The notes below the pieces were generated by a model, which was not told the DNA's origin, made no database searches, and saw only the letters and a list, made by a program, of their open reading frames with translations. DNA of 44,604 nucleotides, taken from positions 271,939 to 316,542 of the forward strand of contig WELA01002318.1 of assembly GCA_009602735.1 (NCBI GenBank), written 5' to 3'. The DNA is from Mesotaenium endlicherianum. Its lineage: Eukaryota. This document shows positions 18,008-29,268 of this stretch, one piece after another (within the stretch, counting starts at the first letter, position 1; the number at the start of each line of letters is the position of its first letter). Both the position numbers and the translations under genes were made by a program.

Positions 18008-19827
18008 ATAGAAGTGGCAGTGAATTATTTTTGGGACATGGACAGGAAGTGGGATGACAAGGTAATCAGAGAGGAGTAGGTGGAGGTGGCAGTACAAGGA
18101 GCCAGCGGAGATAGAGTGCCGTGATGGACTGCTTTTCAATAGATATTGAGAGCCTTGTAAGTTCTTTGGGGCAAGAGTGATTGATCGAATGATGGCCAAA
18201 CAGCTGGGTGTGAGTAAACCTGCTGCTTGACCTCCAAAGATGCGTTTACAAATTGGGCGACGTTCATATGCGTGTGTGTGAGTTTACATTCGCCTCAGAA
18301 GGTCACAATGTGGTGATCTACGAAGTGTGCTTGAGAAGGGGAACCAAAAAGAATCAGTTGATGCGCAGTTCAATAGTATATGTATGTGATGTCTTTCTGC
18401 CATGCTGTTATGTAATTTGAGCATATGCATCATTGATCTGCAATCACAAGACTTGCGGGGAAAGGCCAGTTGTACTGCAACCTAAACATTTTGTACACAT
18501 TTTTTTCTCTCTCTTGTCATCGCATGTCAAGTAGCGCTAGCTGATGGCTCTTCGCAAGTCTTCTGCGTTGCGAGACCACGTGCATGCAGCTGAAAAGCTT
18601 CGAGAAGCAGTTCTGAGTCATGCTGACCAGCTGAGATGTTCCATTTCTCTTGTTTAACGCTGCAATTGAACGGTGGACATCGACTTCTCCGGCATGTAAC
18701 TCATATCACGCATGTTCGGATAGCACATATGATTGCTGGATGGTGTGTTGACTAAGCTTGAGTGAGATGTGGAAATCTCCCTGTTACAGGAAGTATGTTG
18801 AAGGGAGCGTCAAGGCAGTGGCCGATATTGCGTAAGCGTCTTCTATGAGAAAGTATTGAGACAGACTTGCATCCGTTGAGTTCGATCGTCGTACTGTCCT
18901 ATAATGACAAGCGTGATGTGGAGTACTTCTTTAGAAGTTTAGACGGTGCAGCATGCTTGAAGGCATCAAATGTGTATTTAAATGACGTACATGTCCAATT
19001 TGAATGCAACACTATATCAGACAGGGAATACGTCAAATTCTTGATTACGATTACTGCCTGAAGCACAATCGTTATGAGACAACCATAATCAATCACTAGA
19101 GATGAGGCACAAAGTGTCTAGTTAGTCGACAACAATGCCAAGAATACCAACAATGTGATATGCACAGCATGGGTATGGTGTGTGCTACTCTAAGACTCTT
19201 ACTAGCTCCGTAGCTGTTGAGCACGACACCAGGAACAGAGCTGCAGATGATACTATTAACCAATTAAATATATTAATTGCCACAAAAATGTTGTGGTTGG
19301 ACCTGAAATAAGAGGCATGAAAGAATTGAGCACATGCTGCTCCCTACCTGCCACTAACCCTGTCCTGGGGATCAAGTAGCCTCCCCTTATTTACAAACTG
19401 AGTGCCTCTTAACTGGATGGATGTCTCCCTTGATCGGACATATGTAGACTTAACATGCTGTAATTTACTTGCATTCTACAAGTGTTTGGCTTATGACGGC
19501 ACAAGGAATACTAGCAAATAAAACTGGGGCGAGTGCGCTAAGCACTACTATACCTTACCATATATATCATGAATACATCTATACAATATCGGCAAACATC
19601 CTATCGACACTAAGAGGCCTCATGAGAAGAGACTTCTCCCTTCAAATTCAAGGGCCACGGGGCCACTCGTTAACCCCCAGGGACTAATCACCTGCCTGCT
19701 GGGCTCTCATAGCCCCAAACAGGTACGAGGCGGGGGAATCGCTCAAGACATGGCGGATGAGAGCCCCACATCCAACGATCTGACGATCCACGATGTGCAC
19801 TCCACGCTTGGTACCCGCAGGCGGGGC

Positions 19828-22800
19828 TCACATCTGCCTGTTCTGGTGGTGCTGAAGTGGTAGGCGGAGGTGTAGGGGGTGGGGGAGGGGGAGCGGCAGG
19901 GGCAGAGGCAGGGGCAGGGGCAGGGGGAGCAGCAGCGGGGCGGGGGGGCCGCCGTGCGCGAGCGCCGCCATAAGCGGGCACGCCATCTTGTGGCCCGCCT
20001 TCCAGTCGTGCGCCTGGCACGCGCGGCTGCAGTACTTGGCCTTGCCGCAGGCGGAGCAGCAGCGGAACTCCTGCTTGCGCGTCTCCGGCCGCCCGCACGC
20101 ATGGTTGGAGCACAGCCGAAGGCCCTCTCCGAGGCCCCTCTGGAAGTGCCACTGCACCAGAAACCGATTGCTGTTTGGGACTGGCTTACACGGCGCCGCT
20201 GCCGCCACCGGCGCTTCCGCCGCCGCAGCCGTAGCTGGCCCCTCCACCGCAGCGGGGCCGAGCCTACCGTGCTGCCAGTGGTGCCCGCTGGCTGCCGCAT
20301 GCGCACGCCTGCTGTGCTGGTGCTGCAGCTGGTGCTCATGCTCATGCACATGCACATGCACGTTATGGCCGTACTGCTCGGCCTGGGCGCCGTTGGCGGC
20401 AAAGGGGCAGAGTGCTGCCGAGGTGGCAGCGGCGCTGCTGTCGACGACGACAGCGACGGCGATGTCACACGCGTCTGCCATGGCTGCCCCCCGATGCGCT
20501 GCCAGCGCGCCGCCCCCCTCAGCCTGCTGCGGCCAGTCGATCGAGTTCCGAACCTCATCCCAGGCCTGCTGCGGGACAAGAGCCTCGTCGTCGGAGGCAG
20601 CGGACGACGACGCATCGTCGTCATCGTCGTCGTCCTCCTCCTCCTCCCCCTCGGCATCCTTGCGAACATCCTTGTCGGCAGCCTCAGCCAACTCAGCCTT
20701 CTCCTCCAGCGCTGCAATCTCCTCACCGTGCAGAAGCTCTCTGGCTGTTGTCAAATCGTTCTCACCCACTGGTCCCCCCGTCCACAAGGCGGGTGGCGCG
20801 CGGCGTGGGCCCACCGAGAGAGAGGGTGGGGTTGAGTTCTGCCCCCCCACCACTCCCACGCCCACACCCCCCAGACATGCTGCTGCCGCCTGCTGGTCAT
20901 GGTGGAGGTGGTGGTGGCTGTGTGGCGAGCTGCGAATGGCGTTGGGGGCTGCTCCGCTGCTGCTGCTGCTTCTTTCGAGCGCGGGGAAGGCCACCGAGTG
21001 CGCCACTGCCTGGGCCGCCTCTCGTGCATTGGCTTCGAAGAGGAGGCGCCTCCCCTCTGCCGCGTTGCGTGCGAGCCCGTAGCCGTCCTGCAGGCAGTGG
21101 CCGAGCTCCCTGAGAGCCTCCACGTGGCCCAGGGCGGCCGCTTTGGCGCAGAGGATGACACCCGACGAGATGTCCCTGCAGAGTCCAGAGGCAGGCGAGC
21201 ACACGCACACACGAGCACCAGATCGTCAGTGAGGAGCCCAGGAGAAATCGAGTGCTTGTCGTGCGTACGTACGCCTGAAAGGACCTTAGGCGGCAGGCTG
21301 GCAGGCGGGCTGAAGGACGCATTGGCGTGCACCCGGATGACAAATTTGGACACACGGAGGGAGCCAGTGCCGGTGGTCAGAGCGCGCTCTTCCACGTGGT
21401 GACCGATAGCGAGGGCATGATCATTCGCTATGTCAAGACGCCCTGCTATTTTCCATTACGTCCAAATGACAGCCTCTCCCGTCCCCTTCTCCCCCCCCCC
21501 TCCCCTCCTCCCCTTTTGCCTTGCACTCCCGTGGATGTCGGCTCACCAGCGCTCGCCTGCATGATGAGCAGGACGATGACACTCGCGCCTAGAGCGCCCG
21601 CATGGCAATGATCACCTCTCGTGCACGCAGTATGTCCGCACGCCAACGCAGAATGCACCGAGACGTACATCAATAACACGCACCCGCCCCCCCTGCGGGC
21701 AAGCAAGCCAGCGGGCCAGCAAGCCAGCCAGCGTGCGTGCGAGCGAGCGAGCGAGCGAGCGGTCCTCACCTGTCGCTCCGCGTGCCGCCGCTGCCGTTGA
21801 AGTGAATGGTGGCGAGCGCGTGGAGGCTCTGCGGGTGCCCGGCCATGGCCGCCTTGGCCATGAGGGAGGCGCCCCCCCTGCGGTCCTCCAGGCAGTAGAA
21901 CTTGATCATGCCGAGCGTGTGGCATGCCTCCAGGTTGCCCACCTGCGAGCACTTGCGCAGGAACCGGTATGCCCCGTCGGACCAGTTCTGGGCCGACACA
22001 GAGAGGGCCGCAGGGGAGGCCTTCCGGAGAACCTCGTCGTGAGTGCCGAGGACGCACGTTCGCCGGCACCTGCAAGAAGGCACCCCAAAGCACACCAGAG
22101 CGTACGGAGAGGGGTCAGCTCTGAGGTGGGCAGCTGTGGGGGTGTCAGCTCTCATGCCCCACGCCCCACGCATCACGTCTTAACGACACAAACGAATCAA
22201 ACACCCGACACATCTCGGCACTGACTTCACGAGTGAGTGAGCACCAGGGGATAACCACCATACAGATTAAAGGCCCTGAAGTTTGTCAACCCTTGTGACC
22301 TGGTCTGGTCAATTTGGCCCCCTGTCCCCTCGCGCTAGGCATGCAAGCAGCATGCACACCTGGCCTGCCCAACAGGGGCCACACTCCGTGGTCTGACTGC
22401 GAGACCAATAGTCAGCGCCCACTCTTATGTTAATCAAGCTCAGAGAGGCACGAGTGCACGCCGCTCCTTTTCTCAATCCACAAAATGTTAATGGGCAAGA
22501 GTAGGTGTCTCTCCAGCTCTTTGTTTCTACCTCGTTATCCACATTAAGTGCCTATATTCACGCCCCCCTGCACTGGCCTGGATCGTGCATGGGGGACATT
22601 GAGGGGGGGGGAGCAAGACTTACACAAGCATAGCACTGATGAGATCCGCGGGGGAAGATGCTCGCTCGCTCAGGGCAGCCAGAATGCTGACAACGACGTC
22701 ATCCTGCAACAGGCGAGGAAACGAGCTGCAAAGTCAGCGCTCAGCCATCCAGCTAGTGTGCAGAAGCTGGTCAAATGGTTATAATAATCCTCGACAAGCT

Positions 22801-23085
22801 CACTCAAGGCAAGACGTCAGGCAGGGCAGCAGTCCCCATACGAGTACCAAAGCAGACACCCACAGCTGATTTTTGCTGTTGTGGACTAAGGGCGCAAGAT
22901 GATCAAGTTCTTACAGGTAAGATATCGAAGAAGCACGTGGAGGAGTCGTGCTTGAGACGCTTGGGCAAGCATTTCTGCTCACATACGCTCTCCTCCACGT
23001 TGGACCTGCTCCGCTTCAGAACTTGCCTAATGTGAAAAGTGATTCCGTCCGAGGCGCTCTGATATCCTCCTGAGCGGGTCTTCAT
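19828..23085 (-). CDS. F-box / SEL1-like repeat / MYND zinc-finger protein (At1g67340/At5g50450-like); 4 exons, ~632 aa
   Basis: Exons 23085-22915 (MKTRSG...FFDILP), 22703-22624 (DDVVVSILAALSERASSPADLISAMLV), 22069-21770 (CRRTCVLG...NWSDGAYRFL...GNLEACHTLGMIKFYCL...ALATIHFNGSGG), 21175-19828 (LCAKAAALGHVEALRELGHCLQDGYG...EANARE...NRFLVQW...LRLCSNHACGRPETRKQEFRCCSACGKAKYCSRACQAHDWKAGHKMAC). Junction phases are consistent (1899 nt). Confidence 0.92.
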
Positions 23086-26000
23086 CGTCGCCACTTCTGC
23101 TCTAGCTGATCTGAAGCTGTAGAGCTGATCGTCGGAAGACTCAAACAGGAGCCTTTAAGAGTGCACTCGTTTTGCGCAGCACTTGCTGGTGAAGATGTAT
23201 GGCAACGCTACAAGATACGTGAAAAAGGCCCGCCGAATGTATCGAAGCAGAGCTAGAAAGCTTCTGTATACAAGTCTTTGAATCGACTATCACTCGCAGT
23301 GAGGAGCCGTTGCAAAGAACGTAAAATGAAGGAAGGGCCACACAGATCGGTGACAAAAGGCGATGTGGAACAATTTGGTGGCCTTCCAACAATATAAGGA
23401 GGAGAAGCTGTAAATCGAGAGATGTGCATGAGAGTGAATCAAATCGTAGCTCACGCTTGGAAAGTGGCAAAACGACGAAGCATCATATCACAGCAATGAA
23501 GAGACTTTATCGATAACTAGGACGTTGTCGCTCTTCACTCCCATTTGCTCCCATTGCGCGTTCTAAACAGTGCAAAGCGGTGGCAACTGGCAACCGTGTG
23601 TATCGAGTGTGAGCGTAGACGTCGAAAGAGATACTATGGAGCAAACTTGTCTCTTTCTTCGCACCGACAATGCGCGGCCCGCTGCTGCTACGTGGATGTA
23701 TTGAACAATCGGATACAATCATGGCGTGTGCCGACTTGAGCAGGTGTGACTTTTGAACTCTTCGACAAAGCATGACCATGACTGTCTCAATGAATTACAA
23801 AGGTGTCGAAACATGTTTTATATTGCGGCATTGGGGTCTAATCATAAGAGCCTGTGCAAGATCAATGAATCCAAGCTGCTACAGTGAATTATAGTTTTTA
23901 AGCACACTTTTTTTGTCCTCAGATAGCGACTCCGAAAGAACGACAACCGGGATGTGAAGACTACATTCTCAAGTTTCGCTTATCCGCGAGACCAGGCCCC
24001 TCGATTCGACCAAATTCGCGGATTTCAGAAACATCCTCTGGCCTGCTCTGGCCGATGGTCAGGGATTGGAGAACATCCCACAAAATTTGGAAGGTTTTCG
24101 AAAGTATGTTGTATTGTGCAATATGATCCCATGACATTCTGTTAAAGGACACATTAAATATTACAATTTTATTGGACATCCAGTCAGAAACAGAAGGGTG
24201 TGAGGAGATACTTGTTTTTGTCGGGTTTAGTAAGGTCCGAGATAGCAAACAACATCGAAAGAGTTATAATCGATTCCCACTTCCCCATCCTCTCAGCTCT
24301 GTCCTGACTCCCGAGTCCTACCCATTCGAGAGACTGCTCGCCGCTCGGGCCCCCACGGATCCGGGTTGCCAGGGCGAGCCAGCCTCCAGGGCCCGGTATT
24401 CACTATGTACAAAGCGTGTGATGATTCTCCACAAAAACTTAATGCTATCTGCAAGATTCACAGAGATCCAAAAGAACTGCTAAACGCGTGTAACCTGACA
24501 ACTAATCACGCGTAGCCTTCAACCTGCTTGAACCACCAGAATTGGCTGGACCAGGCTGGACCGGACTGCTGCCGGACTGGACACAAACTGGAGGTGGAAC
24601 AAAGGTGAACAGCAGATGAACTGAAGTGAACTGTTGATGTTCCACGCCGTGCATGTTTGGATGGGCCATTATATAACGTATTTATCATTTGCTACTTAAA
24701 TGTGGGCGTAATCCACGCTCATTGACAATTATAAATCTAGGTGGCACATAATAAAATTGTAGTGACCTTAGTCAAGTCTATCTTTACTACCTCTCATTTT
24801 TTTCTGATGGCAGCATGCCTGGCAAATGATTGTTGCAAAGGTTCGTAGGGCCTGTTCAGTGGACACAGCTACAATACAACACTCAACAATGGCGAATGCG
24901 GCATCAAGAACAATCTTGAACGAAGCGCCAATTATGTTCTCAAACTACGGGCATATTGAAAAACGTGTTTGGTTTACAGTGATCACGATAAATGTTCCAA
25001 ATAGTTTTTGTCATTCCCCTCCTCGCAATCTCGCGCGAAGGGTCAACGGATTTTGCAGGAATGCGGAGTACGCGGAAATGTGACTGGTACGACAAGGACA
25101 TACAATACGCTTTCCCCATTGATCCCCACATAAACGTTGAGTAGACATGGAGATAATGTGACACAAAAAACGGGGGTACTCGCCATAGATCGAGGTTGAA
25201 TACCTTTCAAGGGTTTCAATTTGCCTCCTTGAGGTGAATTAAACAGATGGGCAGTATTGAACGAACTCAGTTTTTGTTCAAAATGAGCATTTCAATACCA
25301 AAACTATCACGTAGAAACCACTGTAAACAATCCTAAAACGCGTCCTTTTTCTCGACGTACATTCGACACAGTGACGTACGTTTGGCTAAATAATTTTGCT
25401 CCAAAACGATCCACTTAAGCAGGCCCTTATTACATTCATTCTTGCCCAAAACATAAGTTATGCGCAAAGTGGCACCCAAAGGTTGTATATTCACATGGTA
25501 AAACTTTTGCAAATCTTGTTATGGTGCAAGCTCGACACGAGAAAGAAAAGGTGCTTGCAAAGTTGTGTACAAAAGCATTTTCATACTTGTCTGTCATTGA
25601 ACAAGCTGACTCTTCATGATGATGTATCAGACACAAAACAATTTTCTTGACACGCTGACTTGTTACATCACCAACTTTAAATTGTGAGCACGCGATGCAA
25701 TTGTCAGCGGCCAGGTTTGTCATCCATTCAAATCAAGTAAATTAACACACATATATACACAATACATGCAAACCACGTATTTTTTTCATACTTAATGTTA
25801 AATATTATGTACGTGTATTTTTTACAACAGCAGGTGCTTCCCACGTTTTGTTGACGATGACGACGACAATGACGACAACTTTCAGACATTATAAGAGTCA
25901 TTTGCAACTAATATTACTTTCAAATCTAAAAAAATCTTAGATATTTTAAATTGATTTAGTCGGCTGACTACTGTTCCAAAAGGTTTGGACATTTATACAA

Positions 26001-29000
26001 CGTAATTTGATGGAAAATTGTTCCACATGGAATATGAATGAGTTTTTTGGAAATAAGTCTACGAGACTCTCTACAATGATAAATAAAGATCGTATTTTAC
26101 TATCATAAAATAATTGATCAGTTTGAACTTTGTAGAATATAAAAATTACAAAAAGAGCATGTTCAATTTAAAATAAGGCATATGCAATTTCAATCGCATT
26201 TTTAATTGACAAAATAAATGAAAATATGTTGCATATCTAACAAACAAGTTAGTGACTCATTATAGAACTTCAATAGTGATGATTAAGACGTAGTATCAAT
26301 TTGCACATCAATTTAACAACCTTCTATTGTTGTAACAAGTTGCTTAAATTCTTTTTCTAAAGATGTAATCTTGGTGCAAGTGCATTGAACAACCTCGTGA
26401 CGAAGTTACTTATGCATGATAAGAATGAACGCTCAGCATTTGTGACTTTCGTTACCTTCTTTGTCACAAGTCAATTGAGATGATTGCTTATTCTCTCTTT
26501 AGGATCCAATCACAAGTAAATCACGCGATTTGATTCGTGTTTAATAAAACTCAATTGAATAAAGTTATTGAGTTTTATGTGTATGAGATATTTAAGTTTC
26601 ATGCACTCATGGGGAATTCTCAAACTTCACCCGTTGTCAATATTATTGATTTCCCCGTTGGTATATTTTCTTCACGTAGTGACTAACTTCCTTAAGGATC
26701 GGCAAAGGCAGCCAGAGGAACCAGTCATCAAGAAAAATAACGAATTTGACAAAGTCAATTTGACTCATTTGATATTTTACTTTCCAAATTAATATTATTA
26801 TGGGTAATTCAAATAAATTGGATTTACAATTCAACAATTATTTTGCAACCACACGTTCTTGAATACGATAATAATGAAAATGCAAAATTTAATTCAATGT
26901 GTTGAATCCCATTTTAAATATTTTAATTATACACAACTTTTGAAACACCTTTCTTTTTTCCGATTTTCAATATCACAACATGATGTTGTTATCACATGCA
27001 TACATTTGGACCTTTCACAAACTTGAATTTGAATCGTTAACTTAGTATAAAATCGACGAGTTAACTACCGATGGTGAAATCAATATGCAAATCTTACAAA
27101 CGCTGCTATTTTCGAAATCAAGTTTGAATGACCGTCAAACAAATTAATATGGTTTGTTATTCTCTCTTGAAGTTGTGAAATTATAAATTTAGAATCTGAG
27201 AAAGGACCCTACGATCATTTATGGTAGAGGTCCCAGAGCATCTCCCACTCACCAGCTAGTAAGTTGCTAAAGGATTCCAAGAATTCCGCGTCGTGTCGTG
27301 CATCATTTTGTCACCACTATGCTTAGTGTATAGTGAAGTCTTAATTGACATTGCAAACATTACACGGCTTATGTCCAATCATATATTGACCACGCAAACA
27401 TTACACAGGTTACCTTTGAAACACTCATATATCACATACAACAATCTTTTGAGTTATTTGGAATTCTCCCTATGCATGAAAGTTAGTACCTCATGCCACT
27501 TCATGTTGAAAAAATTTAAAATAGGAAGTGTGCTCTATGATCGAATATCTTTTTAAGATTAAGATTAATAGGTTAATATCTGAAGTTTCAAGATGTAATT
27601 ATATAAATCAAGTGGATTTACGATCGCACATGGGCACGACCATGAGCATGATTATCCTTTATCTGTAGATAAGAAGAAATTTTAGAAGGTACAAGTAACT
27701 GCAGGTATTTCTCAAATAGTTATATATTGCAGATCGTTCCAATGGTATAGTTGGAATTATCATTGTTTTCTTTTACTAAAAGAAACAACCATCGTTAAAA
27801 CTTTTAAAGGAGAAAGCACCACTAACTTTGTGGTACGCAGGTAGTAGAAGACTTCTATATGAAAATCATATATTCACTGCAAGTTCGTTAAGCAACAATT
27901 GAGTTTGATACTAAGACTATGCTCAATGCAACAAATAAGAAGCTATGACTACGTATTAAGAAGAGTGGTATGACTAAGTGCCTCAAATGCATGAAATGCT
28001 CAGAATCTCAGGTACGCTATTTTTTTATCAGTATTCTATGACCTATTGGCCAAAATACTCGAAAAAAGCGAATGCAGAATAACACTCTGGACTAAGACCC
28101 AGCATAACTTAGTCTTGGTGGTCATTTTTGTAATCTCGTATGTTCTCCTGTTTTTGATAAGGTGTAAACTCTTTATCAATCTTGGAGAAGAGGCCTTCAC
28201 TTCTTGGCCACATGAACAAATGGGGTCCAAAGCGCACTACATGCAAAAACCCGTTCGAAAGCATAGGTTGGAAGCATGGGGAACTCCATATGGAATTTGA
28301 AGAAAAATTATGCAACAATTCAAAGGATTCTCAAGTTATGCAAAAGACCAGTGTTTTGTGGATGTAAGGCAAATATTCGATCTAATGCTATCTAACGCAA
28401 TGTGCTAATAATGCCTATTTAGAAAGTCACTCAAAAATTTAAAGCTTAAATGAAATTAGGCAAGTATTTATTGTAATCACGGAAATATTCAAAGGTCCGC
28501 CTGATCTTACGCAAATTCGCCCGCGTGGTCGGAAGGGCCCGACTGACCAAGTGACTTCAGCAGTTGAGCCCATGGTTGAGCCAGCATTGACGGGCGGGAT
28601 GGGCGGAATGTGAGGACGGCAATGAACTTTGAAGACGAGAGAGAAATGATTATCCTAACGGCACTGTACAAGATTCGGTAATGACTTTCTAAGATTCGTT
28701 TTAAAACTTCTGTCGACGCAAGTAGCTAGAATTGCCATGCATGCATGGGCGCATATTTTACTTTTAATTGTCGGGAATAATATTCATTAATTGTTGTTTG
28801 CCCATATCGAATGTCGTGCGCAAAGATCCTCAAGTCATTATTGGTCTTTTGTGTAACCTCGATCGGGTCGGCGATAACAGAGATCTCAACAGAGATCTCT
28901 TGGTGCAATCGAAAAAGAGACTGTGCGCCCGAATTAATGGGAGTTATAACTTATCAGCCCGAGCCGAGAATTGCAGTCCAATAAATATGTAATTGGTGCA

Positions 29001-29029
29001 AGCGGGGGATACGGAATGTGAATTTGTAT

Positions 29030-29268
29030 CATGGGGTGAAAACTGGCGCTAATTTTCCGAGATTTTGTATTCGGAGCCTTTAAATTTTTGAATCTTGTCA
29101 CGAAATTTCCTAAGTTTGATTTCAGGGCTATTAATACATATTTGTTTGATTAAAGGTTGCTAATTCACTATACAAATCTCGACATATTTATTTCAGGGCG
29201 CTAATTTAAAACCTTGAATTTTGGGCGCTATTTCACCCGGATTCTTGAAGGGAGTTTCCCCCCCCATG
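29030..29268. mobile_element. Non-autonomous DNA transposon (MITE), hAT-like, 239 bp
   Basis: Perfect 8-bp direct repeat ATTTGTAT at 29022-29029 and 29269-29276. Imperfect TIRs CATGGGGTGAAAACT and (reverse complement) CATGGGGGGGGAAACT. Internal repeated motif GG(CG)CTA(A)TT occurs four times. Confidence 0.75.

Noticed and set aside
19879..21402. Long + strand ORFs of 233-364 aa
   Set aside because: Antisense shadows of the GC-rich F-box/MYND last exon, with no recognisable motifs.
24418..24500. Possible C/D-box snoRNA (GTGATGA...CTGA)
   Set aside because: Terminal stem is minimal and I could not identify an rRNA/snRNA guide complement. An Rfam or snoscan search would be needed.
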